DNA from: Candidatus Gottesmanbacteria bacterium
Lineage (GTDB): Bacteria > Patescibacteriota > Microgenomatia > UBA10105 > UBA927
NCBI GenBank assembly: GCA_023245335.1
Contig: JAHFKK010000001.1
Span: 1,098,053-1,162,052, forward strand
Length of the DNA stretch: 64,000 nt
Reading direction: 5' to 3'
The notes under the pieces are model-generated. The model did no database searches and was not told where the DNA came from. It saw nothing but the letters and a program-made list of their open reading frames with translations. Below are positions 46,865 to 57,926 of the stretch, piece by piece; position 1 is the stretch's first letter, and every line of letters begins with the position of its first letter. A program made the translations under genes and the position numbers.

Positions 46865-47929
46865 TCAGCGCCATCGAGCATATCCTTCAACAATTTTTTG
46901 GTAGACCGCCTCGTAATCCAGAACCATTCTGTCTTTATGAAAGTATTTCTCGACGCGGGTACGGCAGGCCTTCCGGTCAATTTCACCTAGCCGTTTGACC
47001 CCCTGTACCAACCCATCTATCCCAGCGCGTGGCGCCAAAACGAAACCAGTAACACCATCCTCGACCACTTCAGGCACTGAACCCATATTGTAGCCGACAA
47101 CAGGAGTCCCGCACGCCATCGATTCAATCATGACCAGTCCAAACGGTTCATGCCAGGATATAGGATACAGGACCGCTTTTGCATTCCCATAGAGTGTCAT
47201 GAGCATAGGATGCGTCATCTCACCATGAAATACGATGTTCACGCCGTCTATCTTCGGTTTTACTTCTTTTTCAAAATACGGGACATCTATGGGATCAAGA
47301 GCCGCAGCCATCTGGAGCCGCATTCCAAGCTTCCGTGCGACTTCTATCGCCTCCACCGCTCCTTTTTTCGGGCTCATACGGCCAACCCAAAGTAAATAAT
47401 CCGCGGTAGGTTTTTCGACATACGGATATTCTTGTATGTCGAGGCTATTGTAGACCGTCGCCGGGTAATTGAGTCCCGGTAACGCTTGACGCTGATTATT
47501 GGAGATGGAAATGATGGGCAGGTCGGAAAATGCCCGAAGCGTCTCCCGTTTCTCTTCAGGAACTTCTCCCGGAAAAAACGACCCGTGCCACGTGAAGACG
47601 ACCGGCGTACCCAAATTCCTCGCACCAAAAAGACTCAAGTATTGTCCGTGACTGTGGATGATGTCAAATTCTTTGGCGCGGCGATAACATGCATCGTATT
47701 GAAGAAGCGGCTCCAATGTATCTGATTTTTTGAGTCCGCTGTTTCCGAGGGACGCCGGATACGTACTGACCAGCTTGGCTTTCGTAATACTGTCGCCTGC
47801 CGCAAACAGCGTGACGTCATGACCGCGGGCGACCAACCCTTCGGCAAGAAGTGATACTATTTTCTCCGTTCCGCCGTAGGCTTTCGGCGGCACCGGGAGA
47901 TATGGCGGGGCAAGTAGCGCGATGCGCAT
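46865..47929 (-). CDS. GT4 family glycosyltransferase (paralog 2)
   Basis: 354 aa; EPFGLVMIESMACGTPVVGY..GSVPEVVEDGVTGFVL. Confidence 0.8.
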   Translation of the reverse strand: MRIALLAPPYLPVPPKAYGGTEKIVSLLAEGLVARGHDVTLFAAGDSITKAKLVSTYPASLGNSGLKKSDTLEPLLQYDACYRRAKEFDIIHSHGQYLSLFGARNLGTPVVFTWHGSFFPGEVPEEKRETLRAFSDLPIISISNNQRQALPGLNYPATVYNSLDIQEYPYVEKPTADYLLWVGRMSPKKGAVEAIEVARKLGMRLQMAAALDPIDVPYFEKEVKPKIDGVNIVFHGEMTHPMLMTLYGNAKAVLYPISWHEPFGLVMIESMACGTPVVGYNMGSVPEVVEDGVTGFVLAPRAGIDGLVQGVKRLGEIDRKACRTRVEKYFHKDRMVLDYEAVYQKIVEGYARWR

Positions 47930-48027
47930 AGATACATCATACCACGATTATTTCTTCTGACATTCGTGGAATCCGTACAATCATTTGCCAATACCCCCCT
48001 CCTGGCAATATAATCCTCCCTAACCCT

Positions 48028-48453
48028 ATGCCGGAAGTTACGCCAAAGACATGCCTCATTATAGAAAACGAAAGCCACTACCGGCAGGATCTGGCATACG
48101 AACTCAGAAGGAACGGTTGGCGCGTATTGGGTCACGCCGACAGGATGCCGGATGCATTGGAGCTTGCCCGACAAGTCTCTAGAGGGACCTATGGACCTAT
48201 AGACGTCATATTCATGGATGGAAATTTGACAAAAGGAGATACATCAGGAAAAAACGGCTGGGAGCTCTCCGCGCTATTTGAGCAAAAAACACGCCATGGA
48301 ACCTTCATTCTTCCGTTCACACGAACACCGGAAAACGCTGCCTGGGCTGATTCTCCCGCAAACAAAGACCCGAAAGTTATCGTCAGACAGGCTGATGCAT
48401 TACTCCTGGGAGAACTCCCGACTCGGGACGTTTTTGATGTAATTAAGAAATAA
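48028..48453 (+). CDS. Stand-alone receiver (REC)-like domain protein
   Basis: 141 aa. CLIIENE (beta1 acidic cluster), IDVIFMDGNL (putative phospho-acceptor Asp), downstream Thr/Lys positions. Confidence 0.4.
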   Translation: MPEVTPKTCLIIENESHYRQDLAYELRRNGWRVLGHADRMPDALELARQVSRGTYGPIDVIFMDGNLTKGDTSGKNGWELSALFEQKTRHGTFILPFTRTPENAAWADSPANKDPKVIVRQADALLLGELPTRDVFDVIKK

Positions 48454-49156
48454 ATAATCCTATTTCATCCTTCCCGAAACCTTCCTACCATCGGATAAAC
48501 CGTCTCGCGGCTCTGCTCCATTGTCTCAAGGCCCGCTGTCTGAACTCACTATTTATTCGTTCTGACGCTTCAAATAGTACTTCATTCGCAGCGATGCCAT
48601 AGTCTGCCGAACGGCTCCGGTCGGCTACCTTTGTTGCCTGCTCAAGTCCTCGCACGATATTCGCTTTACCGCTTCTTCCGTGTAATCCTGATGCTTCGAT
48701 AAATGCAGGGACGTGTTCTTTGAGAAAATCAACCTGATCTCTATGAGCCTTTCCACGCGAAAAAGCCAATTGTGCACTCCACGCGTTCATTCTGGCAACA
48801 CTCGCAGATATAACCCAATCAGCGAGTTCGTCCGCCACACGGTGAGTGGCCTGAAATAAATCTATTGCTTCCAGAGATTTGCGTCTCATAGTTATCGCCA
48901 GAAAAAATGAATGACGTCTAACGTCCGTTGGTAACGGTTTGCACTTGACCGGTGTTCACGGGCAAATCTGCGTAACCGATCTGCAGCCTGGGGTCTCGTC
49001 TTTTGTGCCGCCAATACGGTAAATATCCTATCACGCTCGATCTCTTTTGCTTTGAGTGAAGTGAGCTTTTCTGTCGTACGTATGATCCATCTAGGCTTTG
49101 GAATACCGATACGCTCTAACATAAGAACGCTAGTATAGCGCAAACGGGGATTACCG

Positions 49157-50245
49157 TCACTGTATCGGGGACGAAGCATTCACGAGGGATTGTTCCAGGC
49201 TTTCTATCATCTTTTCTACCGTAAAGTTTTCTTCCACGTATTTCCGGCAGGCCGACCGGTCAATCTCACCAACGCGCTTGACGGCCATCGCAAGTCCCTC
49301 CACCCCCTGCGATTCATCCACGATGAATCCCGTCTTCCCTTCAACAACCACCTCCGGCACGGCGCCGTTCCCATAGGCCACGACGGGCGTACCGCTTGCC
49401 ATCGCCTCAATCATGACGAGTCCGAAGGGTTCGGGCCAAACGATCGGGAAAAGCAACGCATCGGCGTTTGCAAGTAATGCCGCTTTTTCACCTATCCCCA
49501 ATTCTCCTTCATGCACCACCATCTTGCCGTCAACGAGTGGCGCAATCTCCGCATCCCAATAGGCCTGATTGCCGATTTTTCCCGCCATGACAATCTTTTT
49601 ATTCACAGCTTTCGCAGCCAATATGCCGTCTTTCTGATTTTTATGCGGGGCGATACTGCCCATCATCAAGAGGTAACCCTTCGGCGTAGCGTTAAAGGGT
49701 AATTCCGACAAATCAGTCGCGTTATAGACCGTCCCTATGTAGTTAAGTCCATCAAATCCTTGTCTCTGGGCATTACTTATGGTAATCACAGCGGTATTAT
49801 GTGCCCGAAAAAATTCCGCAAGTTCAGTGAAAATCGGCAGATGCATGACCGTGGCATATGCGACACCGACTGCTTTTGCTGCCGGCACAAAAAGAGATTC
49901 GCCCGCCCGCATGTTATTCAGGATGACATCGTATTCCTTGCCATGCATAAGGATATATTCCTCAACTTGGGCAAGGTAAATCGATTCCTTACGCATCTTG
50001 CGGGAACCTTCGGTATATACGGTCGTTTCGTTCTTTTCGTTGACCGAGCCGACCACGGTATCTCCTCCGCCGATCTCTACTAGATGGTACGCGGGATCTT
50101 TCTTGGAGCCCTGAGCCGCAACCAGCGTCACTTCATGCCCCCGCTTGGCAAGTCCGGTGGCCTGCCACCAGGCAATGCGTTCCGTCCCTCCTTGCATCGG
50201 AGGCGGCACTGGGAGAGCGACGGAACCCAAAATAAGAATCTTCAT
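49157..50245 (-). CDS. GT4 family glycosyltransferase (paralog 3)
   Basis: 362 aa; EPFGLVMIEAMASGTPVVAYGNGAVPEVVVEGKTGFIV. Confidence 0.8.
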   Translation of the reverse strand: MKILILGSVALPVPPPMQGGTERIAWWQATGLAKRGHEVTLVAAQGSKKDPAYHLVEIGGGDTVVGSVNEKNETTVYTEGSRKMRKESIYLAQVEEYILMHGKEYDVILNNMRAGESLFVPAAKAVGVAYATVMHLPIFTELAEFFRAHNTAVITISNAQRQGFDGLNYIGTVYNATDLSELPFNATPKGYLLMMGSIAPHKNQKDGILAAKAVNKKIVMAGKIGNQAYWDAEIAPLVDGKMVVHEGELGIGEKAALLANADALLFPIVWPEPFGLVMIEAMASGTPVVAYGNGAVPEVVVEGKTGFIVDESQGVEGLAMAVKRVGEIDRSACRKYVEENFTVEKMIESLEQSLVNASSPIQ

Positions 50246-50581
50246 GACTATAGCCTACACTATCCGGGTGAAGAAATCATTTCGATCGCAGCTCGTCGTC
50301 GCGATTGACGAAAACGGAGGTTTATCCGTATAATTCACTTCTTATGCTGCAAAAATTGGAACAAATGGATGAAGGCTGGCAGCCTCCCGACGAACGAGAC
50401 AGAGAACTCTACTCGTTAACTCGGAAACGCTTTGGACTAGTACTCGAGGAATCTCGCTCCGACCCAAAAAGGTTGAGTTTATTTCAACGACTGACGGACG
50501 GGGCATCCGCCGAAGGCGGACCCGGGTATTGTGAGGTACTCGCCTCGGAGCTGTTCGAGAGACTGCTCGGTCACGTGAGAA

Positions 50582-51286
50582 CTATCGCACAGGAAACACT
50601 GTTGCAGCAATCGGGAGATGGTCGCTCCCGTCGGAGGGAATCACGCGGTAGTTTGAGACCGTAAGATCCCGTGTGGTAAATATATAATCCAGCCGGTCTT
50701 TCACGGCTCCCGGGTAGCAGGTCGGGCAGCCGTCAGGATACACACACCACGTGGGTTGATTCGCCGAATCGGCAAGCGTCAATGAGTCATTCATGATGCC
50801 TATGGTTTTACTCTCCGGCAATGCGTTAAAGTCTCCCATGATGATCGTGCGGTCTTTCGGGGTCTGCCGGACCAGGGAAAGCGCTTCTTCTTCCTGATGA
50901 ACGGATGCCGACTGATGGGTATGTGTGAGATGTGTACTGATGACGTGAAGTGTTTGGTTTCCAATACGGATATTTGCCAGTAATCCGACATGCCTTGGAT
51001 CAATCGAAAGTTCCAATACTTTCGACGTATCTATATCATAACGGCTCAAAATCGCTTCTCCCCAATCTACTGTTCGCCCTTCATGAGTGAAAGAAGTCAC
51101 CGGCGCGAACTCCCAATGGTATCCCAATTTTTTTGCTATAGTTTCTGCTGTGTTATTTTTTCCGCCCTGATCCTGAATCACTTCCTGAAACGCTATAATG
51201 TCAGGGTGTTCCTTGCGAAGGAGATCAACTATCTCGGGTAAATATTTCCCCATCCAGATATTCCAGGATAACAGACGAACATTCAT
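50582..51286 (-). CDS. Endonuclease/exonuclease/phosphatase (EEP) family protein
   Basis: 234 aa. LLSWNIW..., DIIAFQEV, C-terminal SDHLP motifs of the EEP fold. Confidence 0.7.
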   Translation of the reverse strand: MNVRLLSWNIWMGKYLPEIVDLLRKEHPDIIAFQEVIQDQGGKNNTAETIAKKLGYHWEFAPVTSFTHEGRTVDWGEAILSRYDIDTSKVLELSIDPRHVGLLANIRIGNQTLHVISTHLTHTHQSASVHQEEEALSLVRQTPKDRTIIMGDFNALPESKTIGIMNDSLTLADSANQPTWCVYPDGCPTCYPGAVKDRLDYIFTTRDLTVSNYRVIPSDGSDHLPIAATVFPVR

Positions 51287-51288
51287 AA

Positions 51289-52527
51289 CTACTTTCCGAT
51301 AGGTTTACCATTGGAAAAACTGACAGACCCATTCTGATTGAGATTCATGATGGCAGGGTTCGGTTTCTTCGCATATTTGTCATAGGTCCTCTCAAAGTGC
51401 GCGGCTATGGTTTCCCACGAAAATTTTTCCTCCACGGACTTCCGTGCATTCTGTCCCATTTTGATACGTATTGATTCATTATCTAATAGTTCGTTCACCA
51501 TCTCAACTATCTCCGAGCTATTCCTCGGACGGACAAAAAATCCGTTGAATCCCTCTTTCACCGCAAGCGGTATCCCACCTTTCCGGGTGACGACAACGGG
51601 GGTATTACATGCCATAGCTTCCAAAATTACTAATCCCAACGGTTCGTCCCATACGCTTGGCGCGACGAATACGTCGGCGCGTGAATAGTACGGCACCAAT
51701 TTTTTCACCCCGGCGCCCAAATGCCCCACCCAATGGACATTGGTTAATCCCATTTGTTTCGCCTTTTCTTGAAGTCGAGCCCGTTCCGGCCCGTCGCCTA
51801 AAATCACAACTTCTCCGTGTATCTTTCGGGCTGCCCCGATAAGATAATCCACGCCTTTATATTTGGTAATTTTTCCGGCAAATAACACAACAGGCTTCCC
51901 GTGAAGACCGAGCTCTTTATCGACAGCCTTATAGCCGGATTCGCTATAGACGAACTTGTGGATATTGACGCCTCCCGGTATCACGCGGCATTTCTCATGG
52001 AAATTTCCCTTAAAGATACGCAAAAACCACTCCCTCGTCCAGCCGGAATTCGGAAATATGCGCTTCGCACGCAACATAGCATCCGCTGTACGCTGATAAT
52101 AGCGTCTGTCCCTTTCAAGTGTCGGTAACTCTGAACCGTGGATCGTCACCACGTAGTTGATGTTATACATGTCTTTGATAAACGCCGCTACCCACGAGAG
52201 AGGAAATGCATGATGTACGTGGATAATATCCGGCTTAAACTCATCGACAGCCTTCATTGAAGCACGGAGGAACGCATCATACAGCTCCCAGATCTCCATA
52301 CTTTTGAGATCGGTGTAGAGTTTGCAGCCTGGCCATTCCGGGTGTCCGGTATAAGCGACGGGAAACGGCAGGGTGACGGGATATAGTTTGGCGTACTCAA
52401 TGGGACGGGTATCTGGAGCGAGGATAGCGACTTTGTGGTGTCTGCCCACTTCGGAGGCAAGATGCCGGGCATATGTACCGCTGCCGGAACCCCAAAATGG
52501 GAATGTCTGAAGGTATAGTATTCTCAT
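51289..52527 (-). CDS. GT4 family glycosyltransferase (paralog 4, more divergent)
   Basis: 412 aa; DEPLGLVILEAMACNTPVVVTRKGGIPLAVKEGFNGFFV. Confidence 0.8.
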   Translation of the reverse strand: MRILYLQTFPFWGSGSGTYARHLASEVGRHHKVAILAPDTRPIEYAKLYPVTLPFPVAYTGHPEWPGCKLYTDLKSMEIWELYDAFLRASMKAVDEFKPDIIHVHHAFPLSWVAAFIKDMYNINYVVTIHGSELPTLERDRRYYQRTADAMLRAKRIFPNSGWTREWFLRIFKGNFHEKCRVIPGGVNIHKFVYSESGYKAVDKELGLHGKPVVLFAGKITKYKGVDYLIGAARKIHGEVVILGDGPERARLQEKAKQMGLTNVHWVGHLGAGVKKLVPYYSRADVFVAPSVWDEPLGLVILEAMACNTPVVVTRKGGIPLAVKEGFNGFFVRPRNSSEIVEMVNELLDNESIRIKMGQNARKSVEEKFSWETIAAHFERTYDKYAKKPNPAIMNLNQNGSVSFSNGKPIGK

Positions 52528-53106
52528 GGGTTTCCCTGCGTTATGACTGGTATTATATCATGAATCCTAGGAAATTTGTCTGTAAGATATCCCGCTTGAC
52601 ATACTTCTTAGCCCGTAGTATCAATACAATCCTATATGACAAAGCCGGGTTTCTACGGAAAAAGTGGCCGAGGACTTTCGTCGAGGGAAATTTTGCATCT
52701 TCCTGAGAGCGAAGAAATTATACTCCATACTCATTTGGATGATAACGAATTTGCAGAAAAAATACGTCAGGCGCGTCACCACGACGGACTAATCCCTGTC
52801 GTCCAGGCCGTAAGATTTGGCAACTTATCGGTAACTTCAAACCTTATTGACGCCGCGGCACACCTGGGCCATGAATTTAATCGACCCGCCAGAAACTACA
52901 CTATTGCGCTGCGACCGGTCATAGGAGATCCGAATCAACGGTTACGCACAGGGAAAGAAGCAGGAGGCAAGCATAGGAGAAGGAAAAGATCATTGCCGTC
53001 TTGGTTAAAAAAGTGACATCCCCACCGTAAAACATCCAAACAGCGCCGTACATCAAAGAAAACTGATAATCTTGCACTTTTATCTCGGAACTGTTAGATT
53101 TCTCCC

Positions 53107-53700
53107 ATGTTTCAGGAAGTCCGAAGGTTTTTCCGTACTGCAGCAACCACGCTCGTCGTGGGCGGCATGCTCACGGGATCTGTCCCGATACGACATCCGT
53201 CTGAGGTTCCCGGATCTCACCAGGCCAGCATCCCTCCCCGGGCGGAATTGGCTCTTCCGCCTGTCCCAACCCGTCTACGCCCCACCCGCACACCTATCCC
53301 AGCAGCAACTGATTATTACCAGGATGCGGTCTATATTTCCCTTCGGCTATGCAAGGGCATGCACCTTGACGGGATATGTCAGGAAGACGAACCGGGGATA
53401 ATCGGGGCTGGGATTACTATCTACCAAAATCCGCCAGGCATCCAAACGGTTAATCATGCAGCAGAAATTACCCGACAATCTGATGATTCAGGTCGGGTGT
53501 TGCTTTCGTATTTAGCCCGTCCCGGCGAGCTCTTGCATCTCAACTATCCTCCGCTTATAAAAGAATTAGGAAAAAACGGCTCGGAAAGTAAATATTGTGC
53601 AGGAAATCTATATACTCATCAAAATACACATACGTACAAATCATTCGACTTGGAATATAGCTCTGACTATTGCGACGTAAAACCTGGAAATGGCTCGTAA
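53107..53700 (+). CDS. Hypothetical secreted protein (possible Tat-like signal RRFFRTAATTLVVGGML)
   Basis: 197 aa; N-terminal RR motif followed by a hydrophobic stretch and Pro-rich segment. No similarity recognised. Confidence 0.3.
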   Translation: MFQEVRRFFRTAATTLVVGGMLTGSVPIRHPSEVPGSHQASIPPRAELALPPVPTRLRPTRTPIPAATDYYQDAVYISLRLCKGMHLDGICQEDEPGIIGAGITIYQNPPGIQTVNHAAEITRQSDDSGRVLLSYLARPGELLHLNYPPLIKELGKNGSESKYCAGNLYTHQNTHTYKSFDLEYSSDYCDVKPGNGS

Positions 53701-54040
53701 GGACGGGCCGTATATATGACCTATACTATGCTTTCTGAGCATCCTCGAAGGGCGGACAGCCGCCGTATCGGTTTTTAAGCCTGACGCATCCTCCACATCG
53801 TCTGTCCGGCGGATGGAAATTTATGCGAATAAACCCGATTGCGCCACGACTAACACAAGCTACACGATCCACCTGAACAAGCTGCTGAAGCGTGCTCCAT
53901 GGAACTTGCGATGTAATTCCCGCCGAAAATTCTGAGATTGGGATGTCTGATTGCGGAATGCGCTTCTGGTCATGCAAAAATGTTAAAGCTTCCCGCACGT
54001 TAGTGCCATATCCCATAGATAGTATTCCTTAAGAGACGTA

Positions 54041-54886
54041 TTATATACCAACTTTCTCACGGATCAATAAGACCACAAACGTTATAAGCGCCAGTTGTCT
54101 TTTCCACCTCCATGGCTCCTGAAGTAGTCTCCATGCCCACTCAAACCCTATCGATCTAATAAATACTGGTGCACGTTTGAGTCTATCGGCAATTATTTCA
54201 AACGAGCCACCGACCGCCATAAGCACCAAAGGTTTATGATAATCGCGCTTTTCCATCTCGCGTATAAGCTCGTTTATGTACGCTTCCTGCTTCGGTGCAC
54301 CCAAACCGACGAATATCAAACTTGCTTTCGTGCGTTGGATACGATCTGCTGTGTGGAGAATGGCAGCTTTATCCATCGTGATACCGTGAGGAAAGTAAGA
54401 TATATGAGGGCCATCCTCTCCCCATCCTACCAGCTTCGTATACTTAGAACGTAAGCGCTCATAAGCTTTGACTGCTAATCCGTCAAAACCCCCTATAAGT
54501 CCTATTGTATCGCCCCAATTCGCGGCGTAGCCTATCAGATCTTCCATAAATTCAACACCGGGAATCCTCTCTTGTATCAGTGCGTGATTATCCATATCCG
54601 GTCGCCTGCCCAAAAATTGACTTGCCCATACTAGGCCAATGCCATCCGGGAGCGCCACATCGGCCTGATTAAGAATAGTCGCAAACCACTGGTGCGACTG
54701 GGCGTAGACGATTTGTTCGGGATTCGGGGTAAAAATAATGAACGGTTTCGATACTCGTTGCACATTCCGCGAGATGGATTTAGACGTGTTACCTAAATAC
54801 TTTTGAATTTCTTCTAGGATCTTTTTTTTAGTATCGGACGTTATAGATATTTTCAGTATTTTTCCCGCAGATAGACTCATAGTCAA
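54041..54886 (-). CDS. WecB/TagA/CpsF family (GT26) glycosyltransferase
   Basis: 281 aa; ADVALPDGIGLVWASQFLG block typical of the N-acetylmannosaminyltransferase family. Confidence 0.75.
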   Translation of the reverse strand: MTMSLSAGKILKISITSDTKKKILEEIQKYLGNTSKSISRNVQRVSKPFIIFTPNPEQIVYAQSHQWFATILNQADVALPDGIGLVWASQFLGRRPDMDNHALIQERIPGVEFMEDLIGYAANWGDTIGLIGGFDGLAVKAYERLRSKYTKLVGWGEDGPHISYFPHGITMDKAAILHTADRIQRTKASLIFVGLGAPKQEAYINELIREMEKRDYHKPLVLMAVGGSFEIIADRLKRAPVFIRSIGFEWAWRLLQEPWRWKRQLALITFVVLLIREKVGI

Positions 54887-55117
54887 TATAAAAATCTATA
54901 AAAAATATCCTATTAACGTGTTTTCTTTCTTTATTGAGTACAAAAAATAGTAGCTGAATATAGAATCAGTCACAAAGTTAGCTTCACTTGCGGGAAAAAT
55001 GTTATGAGCCATATACATATTCCGTGATTTTACTCAAATATTTTTTATTATCCCAAAATAAATATTTTCTATAAGATATATAACTTAAAATATTTCTTTT
55101 GCGATTTAAGTTCCTTG

Positions 55118-56212
55118 CTATTTTTTACTGACACTTCGCTTATAGAGCTCTATATTTTCTATCGCGACGCCGGTCCCCCGCACGACGCAAAGTAGCGGCT
55201 CGTCAGCAATGTGTGCGGGCACGCCGGTCAATTGAGTTACCAACTTATCGAGATTACGCAGTAAGCTCGTCCCTCCCGCCATGACAATCCCTTTATCAAT
55301 GATGTCCGCGGCCAGCTCGGGCGGCGTCTCTTCAAGCACATGCTTAATGGCACCGATGATATGATATAAAACCGGAGTTATCGCGTCTGTAAGCTCTGAT
55401 CGAGTCAATGTAACGATACGCGGCAGTCCGGTCACCGCATCCCGGCCTCGGATTTCCATAGATTGGGCTGGCATTGGTGATTCCGGGTTCAGACCGACAG
55501 GCTGTTCTTTCGTTTTTTGCTGTCTTTCCGTAAACGATGAGCTATGTACTTTCGGATCGTTTCCTAATGCATCCGCAATAGTTATTTTGATTGTCTCCGC
55601 CATCCGTTCACCGATAATGAGATTGTAATTTTTTTTGACAAAATTTGTGATGGCTTCGTCAATCTTGTTCCCGGCAACCCGCGCGCTTTTGTGCACAACG
55701 ACACCGCCAAGAGAAATGACTGCGGCCTCAGTCGATCCACCGCCAATATCGACAATCATGTGCCCTGATGCTTGGGCTATAGGGATTTTCGCTCCAATTG
55801 CTGCGGCAAGAGGCTCTTCGATAAGATAAGCGACCTTTGCTCCGGCCGAAAGCGTCGCGTCGATGACAGCCCGCCGCTCGACCTGAGAAGCTCCGGTAGG
55901 TACGCAAATCATGACTTCCGGTTTAAATATTCGGTTCCGCCCTACTGCCCTATCTATGAAATAGCGAAGCATCGCCTCAGTGATCCGATAATCGGCGATG
56001 ACGCCATCCCGCATCGGACGGCTCGCCGTGATGTTGCCGGGAGTACGACCAAGCATTTCCTTCGCCTCATTTCCCACAGCGACGACCCGCCCGTCATCTA
56101 CCGTGACGGCAACGACGGTAGGCTCATTGAGGACTACCCCGCTGCCTGCAAGCCACACAACGCTATTGGCAGTTCCTAAATCGATTCCTAATCGTTTGGT
56201 AAGTCCGAACAT
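55118..56212 (-). CDS. mreB: Rod-shape-determining protein MreB (with about 35-aa insertion)
   Basis: 364 aa. GIDLGTANSVV, actin-fold phosphate motifs, DIGGGSTE. Extra segment ALGNDPKVHSSSFTERQQKTKEQPVGLNPESPMPAQSM relative to typical MreB. Confidence 0.85.
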   Translation of the reverse strand: MFGLTKRLGIDLGTANSVVWLAGSGVVLNEPTVVAVTVDDGRVVAVGNEAKEMLGRTPGNITASRPMRDGVIADYRITEAMLRYFIDRAVGRNRIFKPEVMICVPTGASQVERRAVIDATLSAGAKVAYLIEEPLAAAIGAKIPIAQASGHMIVDIGGGSTEAAVISLGGVVVHKSARVAGNKIDEAITNFVKKNYNLIIGERMAETIKITIADALGNDPKVHSSSFTERQQKTKEQPVGLNPESPMPAQSMEIRGRDAVTGLPRIVTLTRSELTDAITPVLYHIIGAIKHVLEETPPELAADIIDKGIVMAGGTSLLRNLDKLVTQLTGVPAHIADEPLLCVVRGTGVAIENIELYKRSVSKK

Positions 56213-56357
56213 AAAAAAAAGATAAACGTGGATTGCGCGGAAGCGGCTACCTACTTCTTCGTCACTTGAGCAGTGCGGCGGCGGCCGGGCACGCGCGACA
56301 TTTCCATTAGCATTTTAACACAGTTCACGCTATAATACTCTCAACTCCGAGATCACT

Positions 56358-57635
56358 ATGTTTTCAAGTTTCCGATCATTTCTGATATCTTTCGTTACAT
56401 TTATTATCATATTTGGAACGGCTGCCGCGATAATCGCCTATGGCCGCGGCTACCGGTTTAATTTCGGAAACCATGTTTTAAACTCCACCGGGCTTGTCGT
56501 CATTCAATCAGATCCGTCAGGCGCACAGATCATCGTTGACGGTACAGTGAAAACCGCCACTCAAGCCACCCTCACCCTCACTCCAGGCTGGTACGACATA
56601 ACGGTCGCAAAAGAAGGATTTCAGGCATGGAAAAAGCGTGTAAAAGTACAAGGAGAGGTCGTCAATAAAATCGACGCGCTGCTTTTGCCGGCAAATCCCA
56701 GTCTCAATGCGCTCACCATAAGCGGCGTCATATCACCTACGCTTTCTCCGGACGGCAGTAAATTAGCCTATGTGGTGCCCGATCAGCCACAAGCGACCAT
56801 ATCCGGTACGTTAAGCCCCGCGACCCCGGGCATTTGGGTTTTGGATCTGGTCGATAAACCCTTGGGCTTAAACCGTGATGCCCGACAGATTGCCCAATCA
56901 AACGGTGTAGACTTCACCAAGGCGACACTCGCTTGGTCTCCCGACAGTAAACAAGTTTTAACCACGGATTTAAATGGTCTTTCCTATCTTATGGATACGG
57001 ACAAACTCAACGCTCCATTTAATACTGTCAATATCAAAACAGTTCAAACCGCTTGGCAAACGATCAAAGAATTACAAACAAAAGAACAACTCAACACTAT
57101 CCCTCGAGTGTTTACAGATATGGCATCTGCCTCAGCTTCTATCATCAGACTTTCTCCGGATGAAACAAAAATTCTTTACGCGGCGACGGCGAGTGCATCA
57201 CTTCCACAAATTATCACACCCCCGCTTATCGGCACAAACCCCACCGAAGAATCTCGGACGATAAAATCGGGAAACATATACGTCTATGACGTCAAGGAAG
57301 ACCGTAATTATCTCGTGGTTATGCCGTCCATGTTGCCCGCTTCCCCCACGCCTACCCCCAGCCGCATCAAAAAACTACCCGCGACAGCAGCGATCCCCCT
57401 CGATATAGGCTCGATTTTGCATTGGCTACCCACCTCACGACATCTCGTACTGGTCCTGAAAGACCGGGTGGAAATCATGGATTACGACGGCACCAATACC
57501 CGTACCGCCTATGCAGGACCATTTTGGGATAGCTTTGCAGTCCCGTGGGCATCGGGAGGCAAACTCGTCATACTCACGAACCTCAACTCTTCAGCTTCAG
57601 CGGTAAACAATCTGTATGTGGTAAATTTGCACTGA
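56358..57635 (+). CDS. Membrane-anchored PEGA-domain + TolB-like beta-propeller repeat protein
   Basis: 425 aa. N-terminal TM; PEGA-like block (VVIQSDPSGAQIIVDGTVKTAT..TLTPGWYDITVAKEGFQAW); repeated SPDGSKLAYV / WSPDSKQVL / LSPDETKILYAA units. Confidence 0.5.
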   Translation: MFSSFRSFLISFVTFIIIFGTAAAIIAYGRGYRFNFGNHVLNSTGLVVIQSDPSGAQIIVDGTVKTATQATLTLTPGWYDITVAKEGFQAWKKRVKVQGEVVNKIDALLLPANPSLNALTISGVISPTLSPDGSKLAYVVPDQPQATISGTLSPATPGIWVLDLVDKPLGLNRDARQIAQSNGVDFTKATLAWSPDSKQVLTTDLNGLSYLMDTDKLNAPFNTVNIKTVQTAWQTIKELQTKEQLNTIPRVFTDMASASASIIRLSPDETKILYAATASASLPQIITPPLIGTNPTEESRTIKSGNIYVYDVKEDRNYLVVMPSMLPASPTPTPSRIKKLPATAAIPLDIGSILHWLPTSRHLVLVLKDRVEIMDYDGTNTRTAYAGPFWDSFAVPWASGGKLVILTNLNSSASAVNNLYVVNLH

Positions 57636-57926
57636 TGGAAAAAAACTTTCAACCCACTCTTGACCCTACGACATTATACGATCTTCAACCCGGTGAAGAG
57701 CTTTATACCACAGCTGACATTCTCACAATACATAGAAAAAAATCTGAAAACGGCCCGGGGACGCCACAAAACTCAACGGGTGTAGTCGCAAGGATGAGAC
57801 TGACAGAAAAGTATTCTTCTATTCGTGTGGTACCTCAAAGAAACTTGTTTACCGGCGAAGTGGTCAACAATTCTCATCAAATCATCGTCATCCGTACATC
57901 ATCGCAGCCACGCTGACAACGCATTG

